The notes below the pieces were generated by a model. It saw nothing but the letters and a program-made list of their open reading frames with translations, was not told where the DNA came from and did no database searches. From an uncultured Spirochaetales bacterium (lineage in GTDB: Bacteria > Spirochaetota > GWE2-31-10 > CAYYKD01): a DNA stretch of 64,000 nt. A program made the translations under genes and the position numbers. The stretch spans positions 50,849-114,848 of the forward strand of contig CAZSQU010000002.1 in assembly GCA_964608985.1 (NCBI GenBank), written 5' to 3'. This document shows, piece by piece, positions 37,508 to 47,494 of the stretch (position 1 is the first letter of the stretch; each line of letters starts with the position of its first letter).

Positions 37508-37536
37508 GTTATATCATGTTTATTCCGATAAGTCAA
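37508..37536 (-). promoter_or_regulatory. sigma70 promoter of tRNA-Val (minus strand TTGACT - 17 nt - TATAAC)
   Basis: Reverse complement gives TTGACTtatcggaataaacatgaTATAAC ending 12 nt before the tRNA 5' end. Confidence 0.5.
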
Positions 37537-37642
37537 TATATTTTTTTTTATCTTTTTGTAATAGTTATTTTGTTAAAAAGAGTATATAATGGTTTAAGCA
37601 TCAGTTGTTTTTGATTACGAGATCTAATAAGGGAGATTTACT

Positions 37643-38797
37643 ATGAAAAGAATATCGGCAATATTTTTTATGAGTTTTGCAGTGTTTTTATATAGTGCCA
37701 ATGTCAATGTAGATGAGTTAAGTATTATTGCTGACGGGGCATACAGTAACTCAAGCGGTTTGTTTGAAATGAATACTTTTATGAAATTTACAACCTCATT
37801 TGACGGAGGTTTTAAATTCGCCGCAAATGCCGCTTTCGAAGCAAATATCAGAGAAGTTGAAAGAAACTACCTTATTAATGATAATATCTATGACAAAGTT
37901 TTTTTAATATTTAAACACGCTGAAGTGACCGCAAATAATCTTGCTGAGGAACATCTTAATCTTTCTTTCTGGACCGGTGTACACGGATATCTAGGTGCAG
38001 GTAATATTTACCGCGGTTATTTATATTATCCGGAAAATCAAAGTGATGATTTCGCGGGTTTTTACAGACTTAGAGGTACCGGTATAAGTGCTGAAATGAA
38101 ATTTTGGCGCGATCAATTCAGATCGAAATTTCATTTTTATCAAAATACAAATTTCATCTCAGCAAATAACCAACTTGCTTTTCATTACTTTTCATTTGAT
38201 AATGAAACCGGTTTATACATGAATTTCAGTGATCAGTTTTCTGAAAACATATTAATTAATCTTGTGTTTTTTGGCGGTATAACTTTTCCTGTGGACAGCA
38301 GTGTTAGAGGAAAAGTCGGTATGTCATTTAAGGTAGGTAATGAACACCTTGATTTTTTTGTGTCAGTCGGAATGCCTAAATTGGACATAAATATAGCATC
38401 AACTACTTTTGACAGTCTATATTTGGTTGCAGAATTAAATTTTAGGATAGGTTATACTCAGAATACTCTTACATTCTTAACAAGGCCAACATATTTTAAT
38501 GAGGCTGAAACAGGTGCGGTTAATGATTTTGATATAAATTATAAGTTTCGTGTAGTAGTACCGGATTTCTGGTTAAGGGGTGGCTTTAATCTGAACTTTA
38601 AATTTTCTCAGACTGACCCCCAAGATTTTTGGAGACTCTATTTGACACCTTATATTGATATGGAGTTTTCAGGTGTTGTTTATACTGTCAGTATGCATTA
38701 TGATTTTTCTCGGATATATGCTGCTAATCTTACAGGTAATCCGATGCTTAGTTTAGAAGGTCTTGGTGTCGTTATCGGTGTATCATCTAAATTTTAA
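37643..38797 (+). CDS. hypothetical outer-membrane beta-barrel protein
   Basis: Signal peptide MKRISAIFFMSFAVFLYSANV. Alternating amphipathic beta-strand pattern. C-terminal ...VIGVSSKF has the alternating-hydrophobic plus terminal-Phe OMP beta-signal. Confidence 0.5.
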   Translation: MKRISAIFFMSFAVFLYSANVNVDELSIIADGAYSNSSGLFEMNTFMKFTTSFDGGFKFAANAAFEANIREVERNYLINDNIYDKVFLIFKHAEVTANNLAEEHLNLSFWTGVHGYLGAGNIYRGYLYYPENQSDDFAGFYRLRGTGISAEMKFWRDQFRSKFHFYQNTNFISANNQLAFHYFSFDNETGLYMNFSDQFSENILINLVFFGGITFPVDSSVRGKVGMSFKVGNEHLDFFVSVGMPKLDINIASTTFDSLYLVAELNFRIGYTQNTLTFLTRPTYFNEAETGAVNDFDINYKFRVVVPDFWLRGGFNLNFKFSQTDPQDFWRLYLTPYIDMEFSGVVYTVSMHYDFSRIYAANLTGNPMLSLEGLGVVIGVSSKF

Positions 38798-38837
38798 TAT
38801 TAAGTTAGTATTTTAACATAATAAAGGGATATTTTTA

Positions 38838-38866
38838 TTGACTTTTTTTCTTTAATAATATATAAT
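38838..38866 (+). promoter_or_regulatory. sigma70 promoter of rpmB (TTGACT - 17 nt - TATAAT)
   Basis: Near-consensus hexamers with 17-nt spacing ~35 nt upstream of the rpmB ATG. GGAGG RBS. Confidence 0.5.
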
Positions 38867-38903
38867 CTCTTAAATTGTTTTATAGTATCATTCGGAGGAC
38901 ACA

Positions 38904-39131
38904 ATGGGCAGGAACTGTGATTTATGTGATAGAGGCACACAGGTTGGTAATAATGTACCGAGAAAAGGTCTTTATAAAAGAAAAGGCGGTACCGGATCTA
39001 AAATAGGTGTTAAAACAAAAAGAACATTTAAGGTTAATATACATACAAAAAGGATTAAGATCGGATCCGGATATAGAAGACTTAATGTTTGTACAAGATG
39101 TTTAAAAACGCTGGATAAAGTTGTCGCATAA
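38904..39131 (+). CDS. rpmB: 50S ribosomal protein L28
   Basis: MGRNCDLCDRGTQVGNNVPRKG matches the L28 N-terminal pattern (M..C..CGK....GNNVSH). 75 aa, basic. Confidence 0.8.
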   Translation: MGRNCDLCDRGTQVGNNVPRKGLYKRKGGTGSKIGVKTKRTFKVNIHTKRIKIGSGYRRLNVCTRCLKTLDKVVA

Positions 39132-39136
39132 ACTAT

Positions 39137-39165
39137 AAACTCCCTTTTAGGGAGTATTTTTTTTA
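39137..39165 (+). terminator. rho-independent terminator after rpmB
   Basis: AAACTCCC-tttta-GGGAGT hairpin followed by ATTTTTTTT. Confidence 0.65.
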
Positions 39166-39203
39166 GTATATATGACCTTAAATAATTTAAACAGGGAATT
39201 ATT

Positions 39204-39755
39204 TTGGAAGATTTAATAAAAGAACTGCTTATAAAACTTGGTGAGAATCCTGAAAGGGAAGGGTTAGTAAAAACTCCTAATCGAGTAAGTGAGGCTTATA
39301 AATTCTTAACAGGCGGTTACTTGGGTGACCTTAAACAGATAGTTAATGATGCTGTTTATGAAAGTGAAAATAATGAGATGATTATTGTGAAGGATATAGA
39401 ATTTTATTCTTTATGCGAACATCATCTATTGCCTTTTTACGGCAAATGTCAGATTGCATATATTCCGAGTAATAAAATTATAGGATTAAGTAAACTTGCA
39501 AGAATAACTGATCATTTTTCCCGCCGTCTTCAGATTCAGGAACGACTTACAACTCAGATATGTGAAGCTATTGAAGAACTTCTTTCTCCGGTTGGGGTTG
39601 GGGTTGTAATGCAGGCAAAACACTTGTGTATGATGATGAGGGGTGTCCAAAAACAAAACAGCTATGCTGTAACAAGTGCTTTGAGGGGGATTTTTAAATC
39701 CGACAGCAAAACAAGAAATGAATTTTTAAATCTTGTGGAAACAAACCCATTTTAG
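39204..39755 (+). CDS. folE: GTP cyclohydrolase I
   Basis: [20 protein letters not shown] and [11 protein letters not shown] motifs characteristic of FolE. TTG start with AGGGA RBS. Confidence 0.85.
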   Translation: MEDLIKELLIKLGENPEREGLVKTPNRVSEAYKFLTGGYLGDLKQIVNDAVYESENNEMIIVKDIEFYSLCEHHLLPFYGKCQIAYIPSNKIIGLSKLARITDHFSRRLQIQERLTTQICEAIEELLSPVGVGVVMQAKHLCMMMRGVQKQNSYAVTSALRGIFKSDSKTRNEFLNLVETNPF

Positions 39756-39803
39756 GGGACCTCGAAATATCAGTTGAAATTTAATATCAATTTTTGGTGT
39801 ATT

Positions 39804-40172
39804 TTATAGTGATTTAATAAGATTATTTTGATTGTTATTTATATGTGTTTGAGAGTTACTGTTGTGTTCCATCTGAAAAAGTAACCTTAGAGATAATAAA
39901 GCGTGTCTGTTATTTGCATCTGTTTTTATTGCTTCAATCCAAAAATTTTTGGCATCGTTAGTGTTGCCGAGTTTCCATAGGACTGAACCTGTCATGTCAA
40001 ATATTGTAGATAAAAGATTTCCAGATGATATTTTTATCTCATTTAGTGAACTGTCAAGGTAGAATACGGCGGCACTAAAATTTTTCTTTTTATAAAGCTT
40101 TTCAACATTTTCAATCAGATCCATGGTATTCAAGAAGTCCTGATCGATAACTGCAAAACCTTTTACATCCAT
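39804..40172 (-). CDS. small hypothetical protein with a TPR-like helical hairpin
   Basis: 122 aa. ...LWKLGNTNDAKNFWIEAIKTDANNRHALLSL resembles one TPR unit. No other motif. Confidence 0.3.
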   Translation of the reverse strand: MDVKGFAVIDQDFLNTMDLIENVEKLYKKKNFSAAVFYLDSSLNEIKISSGNLLSTIFDMTGSVLWKLGNTNDAKNFWIEAIKTDANNRHALLSLRLLFQMEHNSNSQTHINNNQNNLIKSL

Positions 40173-40353
40173 TTTAATTTACCACCTATTTTCAAAACTC
40201 AAAATAATTATATCTCATAATAATTTTTTTTTCAACATTACTTTAAATTAAATAAAATATTATATATAAGTCAAGTAGAATTCTTCTGTATTTCTGTTTA
40301 AAAATAACATTTTGATGATTTTTGTAATAATTTTAAAATTAAAAAGTTTTGGC

Positions 40354-40382
40354 TTGCAAATAGAGAGTCACTATCGTATAAT
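40354..40382 (+). promoter_or_regulatory. putative sigma70 promoter of glgB (TTGCAA - 17 nt - TATAAT)
   Basis: Hexamers at 40354-40359 and 40377-40382, ~65 nt upstream of the glgB ATG. Confidence 0.45.
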
Positions 40383-40445
40383 CTAAATCGGGTTAAATTT
40401 CTATAATTTTCAAAAAAATAAGTTAAGTAATAATCGGAGTACATT

Positions 40446-42644
40446 ATGAAGCACAAACTTTCACAAGAAGATATCAACCGTATAGTATATTCATATCATT
40501 GGGACCCATTCAGTGTTCTTGGTATCCATTATTTTGATGAAAGCGGCAAGAAATGCTCAGTTATCAGGACATTTCACCCTGATGCAAATAAAGCATTTGT
40601 TTTAAGCGGCTCTAATGAACTTAAAATGAATAAAATACATGATTCAGGGCTTTTTGAAGTAGAAATAAATGACAAAGTTGATAATAATTATAAAATAAAA
40701 TATTTTAATTTTAATGATGATAGTTGGGTAATAGATGATCCTTACAAATATCCGCCTGTAATAACTGACTTCGATATGCATCTTTTTAATGAGGGAAATA
40801 ACTACAGAATTTATGAAAAACTTGGTGCCCACTTGATGGAGATTGATGGTGTTAGAGGTGTTTTATTCGCTGTATGGGCACCTAACGCTGTGAGGGTGTC
40901 TGTTGTCGGAGATTTTAACAGCTGGGATGGAAGACGGTGTCAGATGCGTGTAAGGGGTTCAAGCGGTATTTGGGAGATATTTATTCCCGGACTTGAGGAG
41001 TATAACTGTTATAAATATGAGATAAAATCAAAAGATGACAGAATTATTGTTAAGGCGGATCCTTACGGCTTCTTGTCGGAGTTGAGGCCAAAAACAGCAA
41101 GTGTGGTTTACGATATAGATAAATATAAATGGAGAGACAGTGTTTATATGTCTGCAAGAGATGCAGGAAAACACCGAGGAGAGCCTGTTTCAATCTATGA
41201 GGTTCATCTTGCCAGTTGGAAAAGAAAGAACGGATGGGAGTACCTTACATACAGAGAGCTTGCAGATGATTTGGTTGAGTATGTAAAAGAGATGGGATTT
41301 ACTCATATTGAGCTGTTACCCGTTTCAGAATATCCTTTTGACGGTAGTTGGGGATATCAGGTAAGCGGATATTATGCGGTAACATCAAGGTTTGGCACGC
41401 CTGAGGATTTTGCATACTTTGTTGATTGTTGCCATCTAAACAATATAGGTGTAATAATTGATTGGGTTCCGGCTCATTTTCCAAAGGATGATTTTGCTTT
41501 AAGAGAATTTGACGGTACCGCACTTTATGAACATTCTGATCCGAGACTCGGCGAGCATAAGGATTGGGGAACACTGATTTTTAATTACGGTAGAAATGAG
41601 GTTCGGAATTTCTTGATATCAAATGCGCTATTTTGGTTTAATAAATATCATATTGACGGTTTGAGGGTAGATGCGGTTGCTTCAATGTTGTATCTTGACT
41701 ATTCCAGAAAAGACGGGGAGTGGCTGCCCAATGTTTACGGCGGTAATGAAAATCTTGACGCAATCTATTTCATAAGAAGATTAAATGAAGAGGTATATAA
41801 AAATTTCCCGGGGGTTATGATGATTGCCGAAGAATCAACAGCATTCGGAGGAGTCTCTCATCCGACCTATTTGGGAGGGCTTGGATTTGAATATAAGTGG
41901 AATATGGGGTGGATGAATGATTTCTTAAGATATGTATCAAAAGATCCTATACATAAGAAATATCACCATAATGAGCTTACATTTTCAATGATATATGCTT
42001 TTACAGAGAATTTTATATTGGTTTTATCACATGATGAGGTTGTTCATGGCAAAGGATCGTTGATTAATAAGATGCCCGGTGATGATTGGCAGAAATTTGC
42101 GAATCTCAGGGCATCATTAGGTTTTATGTTTGGTCATCCCGGAAAAAAACTTCTTTTTATGGGATCTGAGATTGGGCAGTGGTCTGAATGGGATTTTCAA
42201 AAGAGTTTGGATTGGCACCTTCTTGAATTTGATTTACATACAAAACTCCGTGATTTTGTTAAGGAATTGAATAATGTTTACAAATCATACCCGGCTTTGC
42301 ATAGAGTTGATTTTAATTCTGCCGGCTTTGAATGGGTGAATTGCAACGATTGGGAACAGTCTGTTTTGAGTTTTATCAGAAAGACGGAGACTAATTCGGG
42401 AACAGTTCTTGTTGTGTTAAATTTTACACCTGTAGTTAGAAATGATTATAGAGTAGGTGTGCCTGAAGCCGGGTTTTACCGGGAAATTATGAACTCAGAT
42501 GCAGTGTGTTTTGGCGGCTCGGGTCAGGGTAATCTCGGAGGAGTAAACTCTGATCAGATATGGTGGGACGGAAGGGAGAATTCAATCAGAGTAGTTATTC
42601 CTCCACTATCTTGCTTAATGTTTGTATTAGAAAGGGATAAATAA
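40446..42644 (+). CDS. glgB: 1,4-alpha-glucan branching enzyme GlgB
   Basis: CBM48 N-domain (WAPNAVRVSVVGDFNSWDG) and GH13 catalytic motifs (GLRVDAVASM, EESTAF, HDEVVHGK). ~730 aa. Confidence 0.9.
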   Translation: MKHKLSQEDINRIVYSYHWDPFSVLGIHYFDESGKKCSVIRTFHPDANKAFVLSGSNELKMNKIHDSGLFEVEINDKVDNNYKIKYFNFNDDSWVIDDPYKYPPVITDFDMHLFNEGNNYRIYEKLGAHLMEIDGVRGVLFAVWAPNAVRVSVVGDFNSWDGRRCQMRVRGSSGIWEIFIPGLEEYNCYKYEIKSKDDRIIVKADPYGFLSELRPKTASVVYDIDKYKWRDSVYMSARDAGKHRGEPVSIYEVHLASWKRKNGWEYLTYRELADDLVEYVKEMGFTHIELLPVSEYPFDGSWGYQVSGYYAVTSRFGTPEDFAYFVDCCHLNNIGVIIDWVPAHFPKDDFALREFDGTALYEHSDPRLGEHKDWGTLIFNYGRNEVRNFLISNALFWFNKYHIDGLRVDAVASMLYLDYSRKDGEWLPNVYGGNENLDAIYFIRRLNEEVYKNFPGVMMIAEESTAFGGVSHPTYLGGLGFEYKWNMGWMNDFLRYVSKDPIHKKYHHNELTFSMIYAFTENFILVLSHDEVVHGKGSLINKMPGDDWQKFANLRASLGFMFGHPGKKLLFMGSEIGQWSEWDFQKSLDWHLLEFDLHTKLRDFVKELNNVYKSYPALHRVDFNSAGFEWVNCNDWEQSVLSFIRKTETNSGTVLVVLNFTPVVRNDYRVGVPEAGFYREIMNSDAVCFGGSGQGNLGGVNSDQIWWDGRENSIRVVIPPLSCLMFVLERDK

Positions 42645-42760
42645 TAATAGCATTTTTATGGTTGCCATTTTTTATTAAATAAGTTAAATTACTGGGGCTT
42701 TTGCAGAAATTAAGATTTTGCAAAAATTTCTATAATAATTTGTAATACAGGTGAGGTGTC

Positions 42761-44605
42761 ATGAGACTATTAAAAATATTACCGTTGATGTTGATGTTGA
42801 TGAGTGTTTCAGTTTTTTATGCTCAGGATAATACGGTTGATCTGCAGAGTACAATTCAAATAGCACAGCTTAGGGAAGAGATAAGCACTATCAGAAGTGA
42901 AGTTGAGCAGTTAAAAGCAAAAAGCACTCTTTTTGATTTTACGATAGGCGGGAGTGCTAAGGTTATCTGGGGATTGAACCTTTGGGCAAGAGGTGGTGAT
43001 TTAGATACCGTTCCTGCGATCAATACTCTGACTCCTGTCACACATGGTTTTGATTTTGTTAATACTCTATTGTTTAATATGACACTTGGTAAGGACATTA
43101 TTGCAAGAAGCGGTGAAAAGAGCTATAACGGTACACAGATAGATATTGAGCTCAAAATTAATTCGATGGGTATCTCAGATATGAGACCGGACGGCAGCTG
43201 GTATGTTGTTGACGGATTTGATGACCAAGGAAATCCTGTTAAGATATATCTTCCAAAGTTTGAATCAGGGGCTTCTAATGTTTATTTTGGAAATTTTCAA
43301 TTAGTTCTTGATAAGGCAAGGGTTAGTAATATTTTTGATATGGGCATTTTTATTAATTACAGTGATGTTATGGAAGTACACAAATACTATGGTGTTAACA
43401 GTATGGTAGAGGTGTTAAAGCTAAATCATGATTATTTTAATCACGGTTTTGCCAATGGCGGTTCTTTATATTATGCTTTTGATGATTATGATTATGATCC
43501 GATTGCCGAAGAATCCGAGGCAGTTGATATATGGTCAAAAAGTGTATTGTATTTGGATCCGGCTGATCCTATCAGAAGCAGAGCTAATCAAAGACCGCAC
43601 GGTGTATCATTCGGATACGATAGTGCTAATATGTTAAGTAATTATTTCAGGTTCTATATTGAGGGCGGAATAAGTTCAAAAGATGCTTTTGATCCGAAGT
43701 TCTTTTCAGATCTTTATTTAGATTATGGATTTTTTGTAAGAACTGATCTTTTGATTAAAGACAATAAAGCGTTTACATTTCATCCTAAAATCGCTCTTGC
43801 ATTTGCATTTCAGTCAGATTCGGTTGAGGATCTCGATATAAATGCCGGCAAGGTTTTTTCATCATCAATATCAATCCCTTTAACATATCAATTTAATCAA
43901 AAAGATCACATAAATGTAGAATTTGACTGGAGTATAAATTATCACATAGACAGATCGGCTGTTACCACTATGATTGCTTTTTATCCGGAATTAACTCTGT
44001 TCAATCAGTCATTTTTTGTAAAGATTCCTTTTATGTACTCATTTAAGAATGGTACTGACGGAATAATCAGGGTTGGACATGAGGATGTAAAATGGATAGA
44101 TCAAACATACGATAACCATTATTTTAATCTTGAATTCATTATTGGATTTGATTCTCAAAAATTGTTCGGAGATATGTTCAGGTACAAATTTACAAACAAG
44201 ATGTTTTATACACATCTAAAATCTGATACAAGAAACATTAATTTTGCCAATCAGGTGCCTCCGGGTGAGCATTATTTTTATGAAATAATTGAGAACATGT
44301 TTTCATTTTATGAACTTGGCGATTCAACTTGGTCTATTAAAGAATTGAGTTTGTATTTGAACTTTGGTCTTGGATATACAAATAATGCAAGGATTATAAG
44401 GGATGGTTTCAGCATAGATCAGTATTTGAGATGGGGTGAGAATCTTGCATTATGTGTAGAAACAGGTTTATCGATTGTATTGATGGATAATCTTTCGTTT
44501 GGTTTTTCTGCCGAGTCACCCAAAATACTTGTAACTGCGATAAATCCGATTGGGGAACAAGCTTCGTTTGGTTTATTTAAGATATGGAGTGAGATTAAGT
44601 TTTAG
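42761..44605 (+). CDS. hypothetical outer-membrane beta-barrel protein
   Basis: Signal peptide MRLLKILPLMLMLMSVSVFYAQD (same FYAQD cleavage context as the giant surface protein). N-terminal coiled-coil segment. C-terminal ...FGLFKIWSEIKF beta-signal ending in Phe. Confidence 0.5.
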   Translation: MRLLKILPLMLMLMSVSVFYAQDNTVDLQSTIQIAQLREEISTIRSEVEQLKAKSTLFDFTIGGSAKVIWGLNLWARGGDLDTVPAINTLTPVTHGFDFVNTLLFNMTLGKDIIARSGEKSYNGTQIDIELKINSMGISDMRPDGSWYVVDGFDDQGNPVKIYLPKFESGASNVYFGNFQLVLDKARVSNIFDMGIFINYSDVMEVHKYYGVNSMVEVLKLNHDYFNHGFANGGSLYYAFDDYDYDPIAEESEAVDIWSKSVLYLDPADPIRSRANQRPHGVSFGYDSANMLSNYFRFYIEGGISSKDAFDPKFFSDLYLDYGFFVRTDLLIKDNKAFTFHPKIALAFAFQSDSVEDLDINAGKVFSSSISIPLTYQFNQKDHINVEFDWSINYHIDRSAVTTMIAFYPELTLFNQSFFVKIPFMYSFKNGTDGIIRVGHEDVKWIDQTYDNHYFNLEFIIGFDSQKLFGDMFRYKFTNKMFYTHLKSDTRNINFANQVPPGEHYFYEIIENMFSFYELGDSTWSIKELSLYLNFGLGYTNNARIIRDGFSIDQYLRWGENLALCVETGLSIVLMDNLSFGFSAESPKILVTAINPIGEQASFGLFKIWSEIKF

Positions 44606-44624
44606 CAATAATTACGGGGTGTCT

Positions 44625-45314
44625 ATGGATGCGGATAATTTTTCGATAAAGTATATTTTTGAATTTGATTCTAATGATAGTCTTGAGTTTGCTGTAAACA
44701 TTAATAGAAAAACTCTGATCTCTGTGGCTCCAACTGAGAGTAAGGAGTCCAAATGGACATTACTCGATTTTAATAAATGTGAACATTGCCCATTTACTCA
44801 GGATAAGGTTAAGAATTGTCCGATAGCTTTTAATATCTCAGGGGTTGCTGAGAATTTTGCAAAAAGACTTTCAACCGAAGAGATTAATGTAAGGGTTATA
44901 ACTGAAGAAAGGGAGTATTATAAAAGAGAAACTGTTCAACACGGATTAAGGTCAATACTTGGTATCTATACAGCAACAAGCGGTTGCCCGCACATGGATA
45001 TTTTAAAACCGATGGCAAGATTTCATCTGCCTTTTGCTACAGTAGAAGAAACGATGTACAGATATGTTACAAGTTATCTTCTGAGTCAGTATTTTGAGTA
45101 CAATAAAGGGAATAAGCCTGATTTTGATCTTGACGGACTTTTAGAAAAAAGTGATAATGTTGATAAGGTAAGTTACGGAATATCTACCCGTATTGAAGAG
45201 ATTACAGTCGGTGATGCGAACAATAATGCCATAGTGATCTTAAATGCTATCGGGCTTATGTTAAAGATAGAGATTGATAATAAATTAGATTCGCTTAGAT
45301 ATCTATTTAAATAG
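44625..45314 (+). CDS. hypothetical cytoplasmic protein with CxxC-containing motifs (CEHCP...NCP, SGCPHMD)
   Basis: ATG at 44625 with ACGGGG RBS preferred over the listed 44550, which overlaps the upstream OMP gene. No recognisable family. Confidence 0.4.
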   Translation: MDADNFSIKYIFEFDSNDSLEFAVNINRKTLISVAPTESKESKWTLLDFNKCEHCPFTQDKVKNCPIAFNISGVAENFAKRLSTEEINVRVITEEREYYKRETVQHGLRSILGIYTATSGCPHMDILKPMARFHLPFATVEETMYRYVTSYLLSQYFEYNKGNKPDFDLDGLLEKSDNVDKVSYGISTRIEEITVGDANNNAIVILNAIGLMLKIEIDNKLDSLRYLFK

Positions 45315-45331
45315 AGAATAAGAGGTTTATA

Positions 45332-46774
45332 ATGTTTATTGATGTTATTGTAGCTGAGGTTGGCAGTACTACGACAGTTGTTAACGGATTTAATGGGATA
45401 GATACTGATAATCCGCAATTTATCGGACAGGGGCAGGCCCCTACAAGTGTAGGAATAGGTGATGTAACAATTGGTTTAAGTGCGGCAATAGAGGATTTAC
45501 AAAAAAATTTAAATATCAGTGAACTTAAATATGGTAAAATGCTCGGTGCATCAAGTGCTGCCGGCGGATTAAAGATGACTGTCCATGGACTTGTTTATGA
45601 TATGACAGCTAAAGCCGCAAAAGAAGCTGCGCTTGGAGCAGGAGCAATAGTTCACAATGTAACGGCGGGGCGACTCAGACGAACCGATCTTGAAAAAATT
45701 AAAAACATAAAACCAAATATAATATTGATAGCCGGTGGGCTTGATTATGGTGAGAGGGAGACTGCTTTAGATAATGCAGAAATGATTCTTTCTCTAAATC
45801 TTGATATTCCTGTTATTTATGCCGGTAATTGTGAAAATAAAGAGGAAATTAAGCTCATATTTGAGAATTACAAAGGTAAATTGTATATTGCAGATAATGT
45901 TTATCCAAAGATAGATATATTAAATGTTGAGCCGACAAGAAAGATTATTCAAGATGTTTTTGAAGAGCATATTGTACATGCTCCGGGTATGTCAAAAGTT
46001 AAAGAGATGATTAACGGAACAATAATACCTGTTCCGGGTGCAGTTATGGAAGCCGCAAAAATACTTCGTGAAGAGATAGGCGATTTGATTGTGCTTGATG
46101 TCGGTGGAGCAACCACAGATCTTCATTCTGTAACTGAGGATTCCGAAGAGATTGCAAGGATATTGATAAATCCTGAACCTATTGCAAAGAGAACCGTTGA
46201 AGGTGATCTCGGCATGTTTGTAAATATGAGGAATGTTCTTGAAAGGATTGGTAAGGAAAAGATTGAGCAGGAATTGGGGTTTAGCATAGATACGATTCTT
46301 GAGAATTTTAAACCTATCCCGCAGAGTGAAAACGAGATAAAATTTGTTGAAAAATTGTGTCTTGAGGCAGTTCTGACAGCCGTTGAAAGACATGCAGGTG
46401 CAAGACGGTTTATGTATGGAACATCAGGAAGAAAAACTTATGCAGAAGGTAAGGATTTGACTCAGGTTGAATACATAATTGGGACAGGCGGGGCATTAAC
46501 TCGATTACCGGGTGGAAGAGATATAATGTCTAAAATTGCAAAGAATTCAAAAGAGATTGGGCTCTATCCGAGTGAACAAGCAAAAATATTGATAGATAAA
46601 TGGTATATAATGTCATCACTCGGTGTACTTGCAAAGGAACATCCCGAATCAGCTTTGATACTACTAAAAAGAAGTTTGGATGTAGAAGGAATAAAAAAAA
46701 TAAAGAAAAAGATAATTAAAGCTGATAGTAAGGAAGAAGCAGAGATTGTTGAGTCATGTACGCTAAAAGGTTAA
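45332..46774 (+). CDS. GlmL(MutL)/EutA-like duplicated ASKHA-fold ATPase; putative B12-enzyme reactivase/chaperone
   Basis: Two actin-like phosphate motifs (VIVAEVGSTTT near the N-terminus and VLDVGGATTDL in the second half). ~480 aa, as in glutamate-mutase GlmL/MutL and EutA proteins. Confidence 0.5.
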   Translation: MFIDVIVAEVGSTTTVVNGFNGIDTDNPQFIGQGQAPTSVGIGDVTIGLSAAIEDLQKNLNISELKYGKMLGASSAAGGLKMTVHGLVYDMTAKAAKEAALGAGAIVHNVTAGRLRRTDLEKIKNIKPNIILIAGGLDYGERETALDNAEMILSLNLDIPVIYAGNCENKEEIKLIFENYKGKLYIADNVYPKIDILNVEPTRKIIQDVFEEHIVHAPGMSKVKEMINGTIIPVPGAVMEAAKILREEIGDLIVLDVGGATTDLHSVTEDSEEIARILINPEPIAKRTVEGDLGMFVNMRNVLERIGKEKIEQELGFSIDTILENFKPIPQSENEIKFVEKLCLEAVLTAVERHAGARRFMYGTSGRKTYAEGKDLTQVEYIIGTGGALTRLPGGRDIMSKIAKNSKEIGLYPSEQAKILIDKWYIMSSLGVLAKEHPESALILLKRSLDVEGIKKIKKKIIKADSKEEAEIVESCTLKG

Positions 46775-46783
46775 TTTATTTAA

Positions 46784-47479
46784 CTATTGGGTCAGTTCGC
46801 AGAACACACATTTAACTTCATTGTTATTAAGAAGGATTCTTCCTGTTTTCTCGCTAGATATTGTTATATCAATCTCGTTCAAATCTTCAATTATAAACTG
46901 TGTTCCCGGGATTATTCCGTCAGAGATAAGTTTGTTTCTCAAGTTTTTTTCACCGGTAATAATCGATATGCTTATTTTTTCGGATTTTTTAAAGTTAATT
47001 ATGTTATCAATATAGCGATTTGATCGGATGTTTGTTTTATCATTGCTTTTAAGATATATGTCGAGTTGGGTGATAAAATCATCTTCCGGTTTAAACCTTT
47101 GGCCTAAGAATTCAAGAAATTTAAGTAATCTTTCTGATGAAAGATTACTTATGTAGTGTTCTATGTTACAAGCATCTGTTTTTGCAATATCTTCAGGTAC
47201 CTGAAGAATTTTTGTAAAAAAATCAAGTATAGTAATGTGTTTGTAATATACCTCACGGGCCTTGTTTATTCCTTTATCGGTAATAAAAACCGCTTTGTAT
47301 CTTTCATGAATCAGATAACCTTTTTCGGCAAGCTTTTCTACCATCGAAAAGACAGTTGATTTTTTTATGTTAAGATTGGCGGCAATATCTGTTATTCTTA
47401 CACCGTTTTCGCTGTTTTTGGAGAGAAGAAATATCTCTTCGAGATAGTCCTCTTCTCTTTTACCTTTATGGACATCCAT
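46784..47479 (-). CDS. DtxR/MntR-family metal-dependent transcriptional regulator with C-terminal FeoA-like (SH3) domain
   Basis: REEDYLEEIFLL...VRITDIAANLNIKKSTVFSMVEKLAEKGYL wHTH, a metal-binding/dimerisation helix region, and a C-terminal FeoA-like segment (ITGEKNLRNKLISDGIIPGTQFII). Confidence 0.75.
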   Translation of the reverse strand: MDVHKGKREEDYLEEIFLLSKNSENGVRITDIAANLNIKKSTVFSMVEKLAEKGYLIHERYKAVFITDKGINKAREVYYKHITILDFFTKILQVPEDIAKTDACNIEHYISNLSSERLLKFLEFLGQRFKPEDDFITQLDIYLKSNDKTNIRSNRYIDNIINFKKSEKISISIITGEKNLRNKLISDGIIPGTQFIIEDLNEIDITISSEKTGRILLNNNEVKCVFCELTQ

Positions 47480-47494
47480 TATAACTCCGTTTGA

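Noticed and set aside
42645-42760. Possible terminator/operator (ATGGTTGCCAT hairpin and repeated TTTTGCA(G/A)AAAT) between glgB and the OMP gene
   Set aside because: The hairpin is only 4 bp, and the direct repeats are short AT-rich words that are common in this genome. This is not enough to call a regulatory site.
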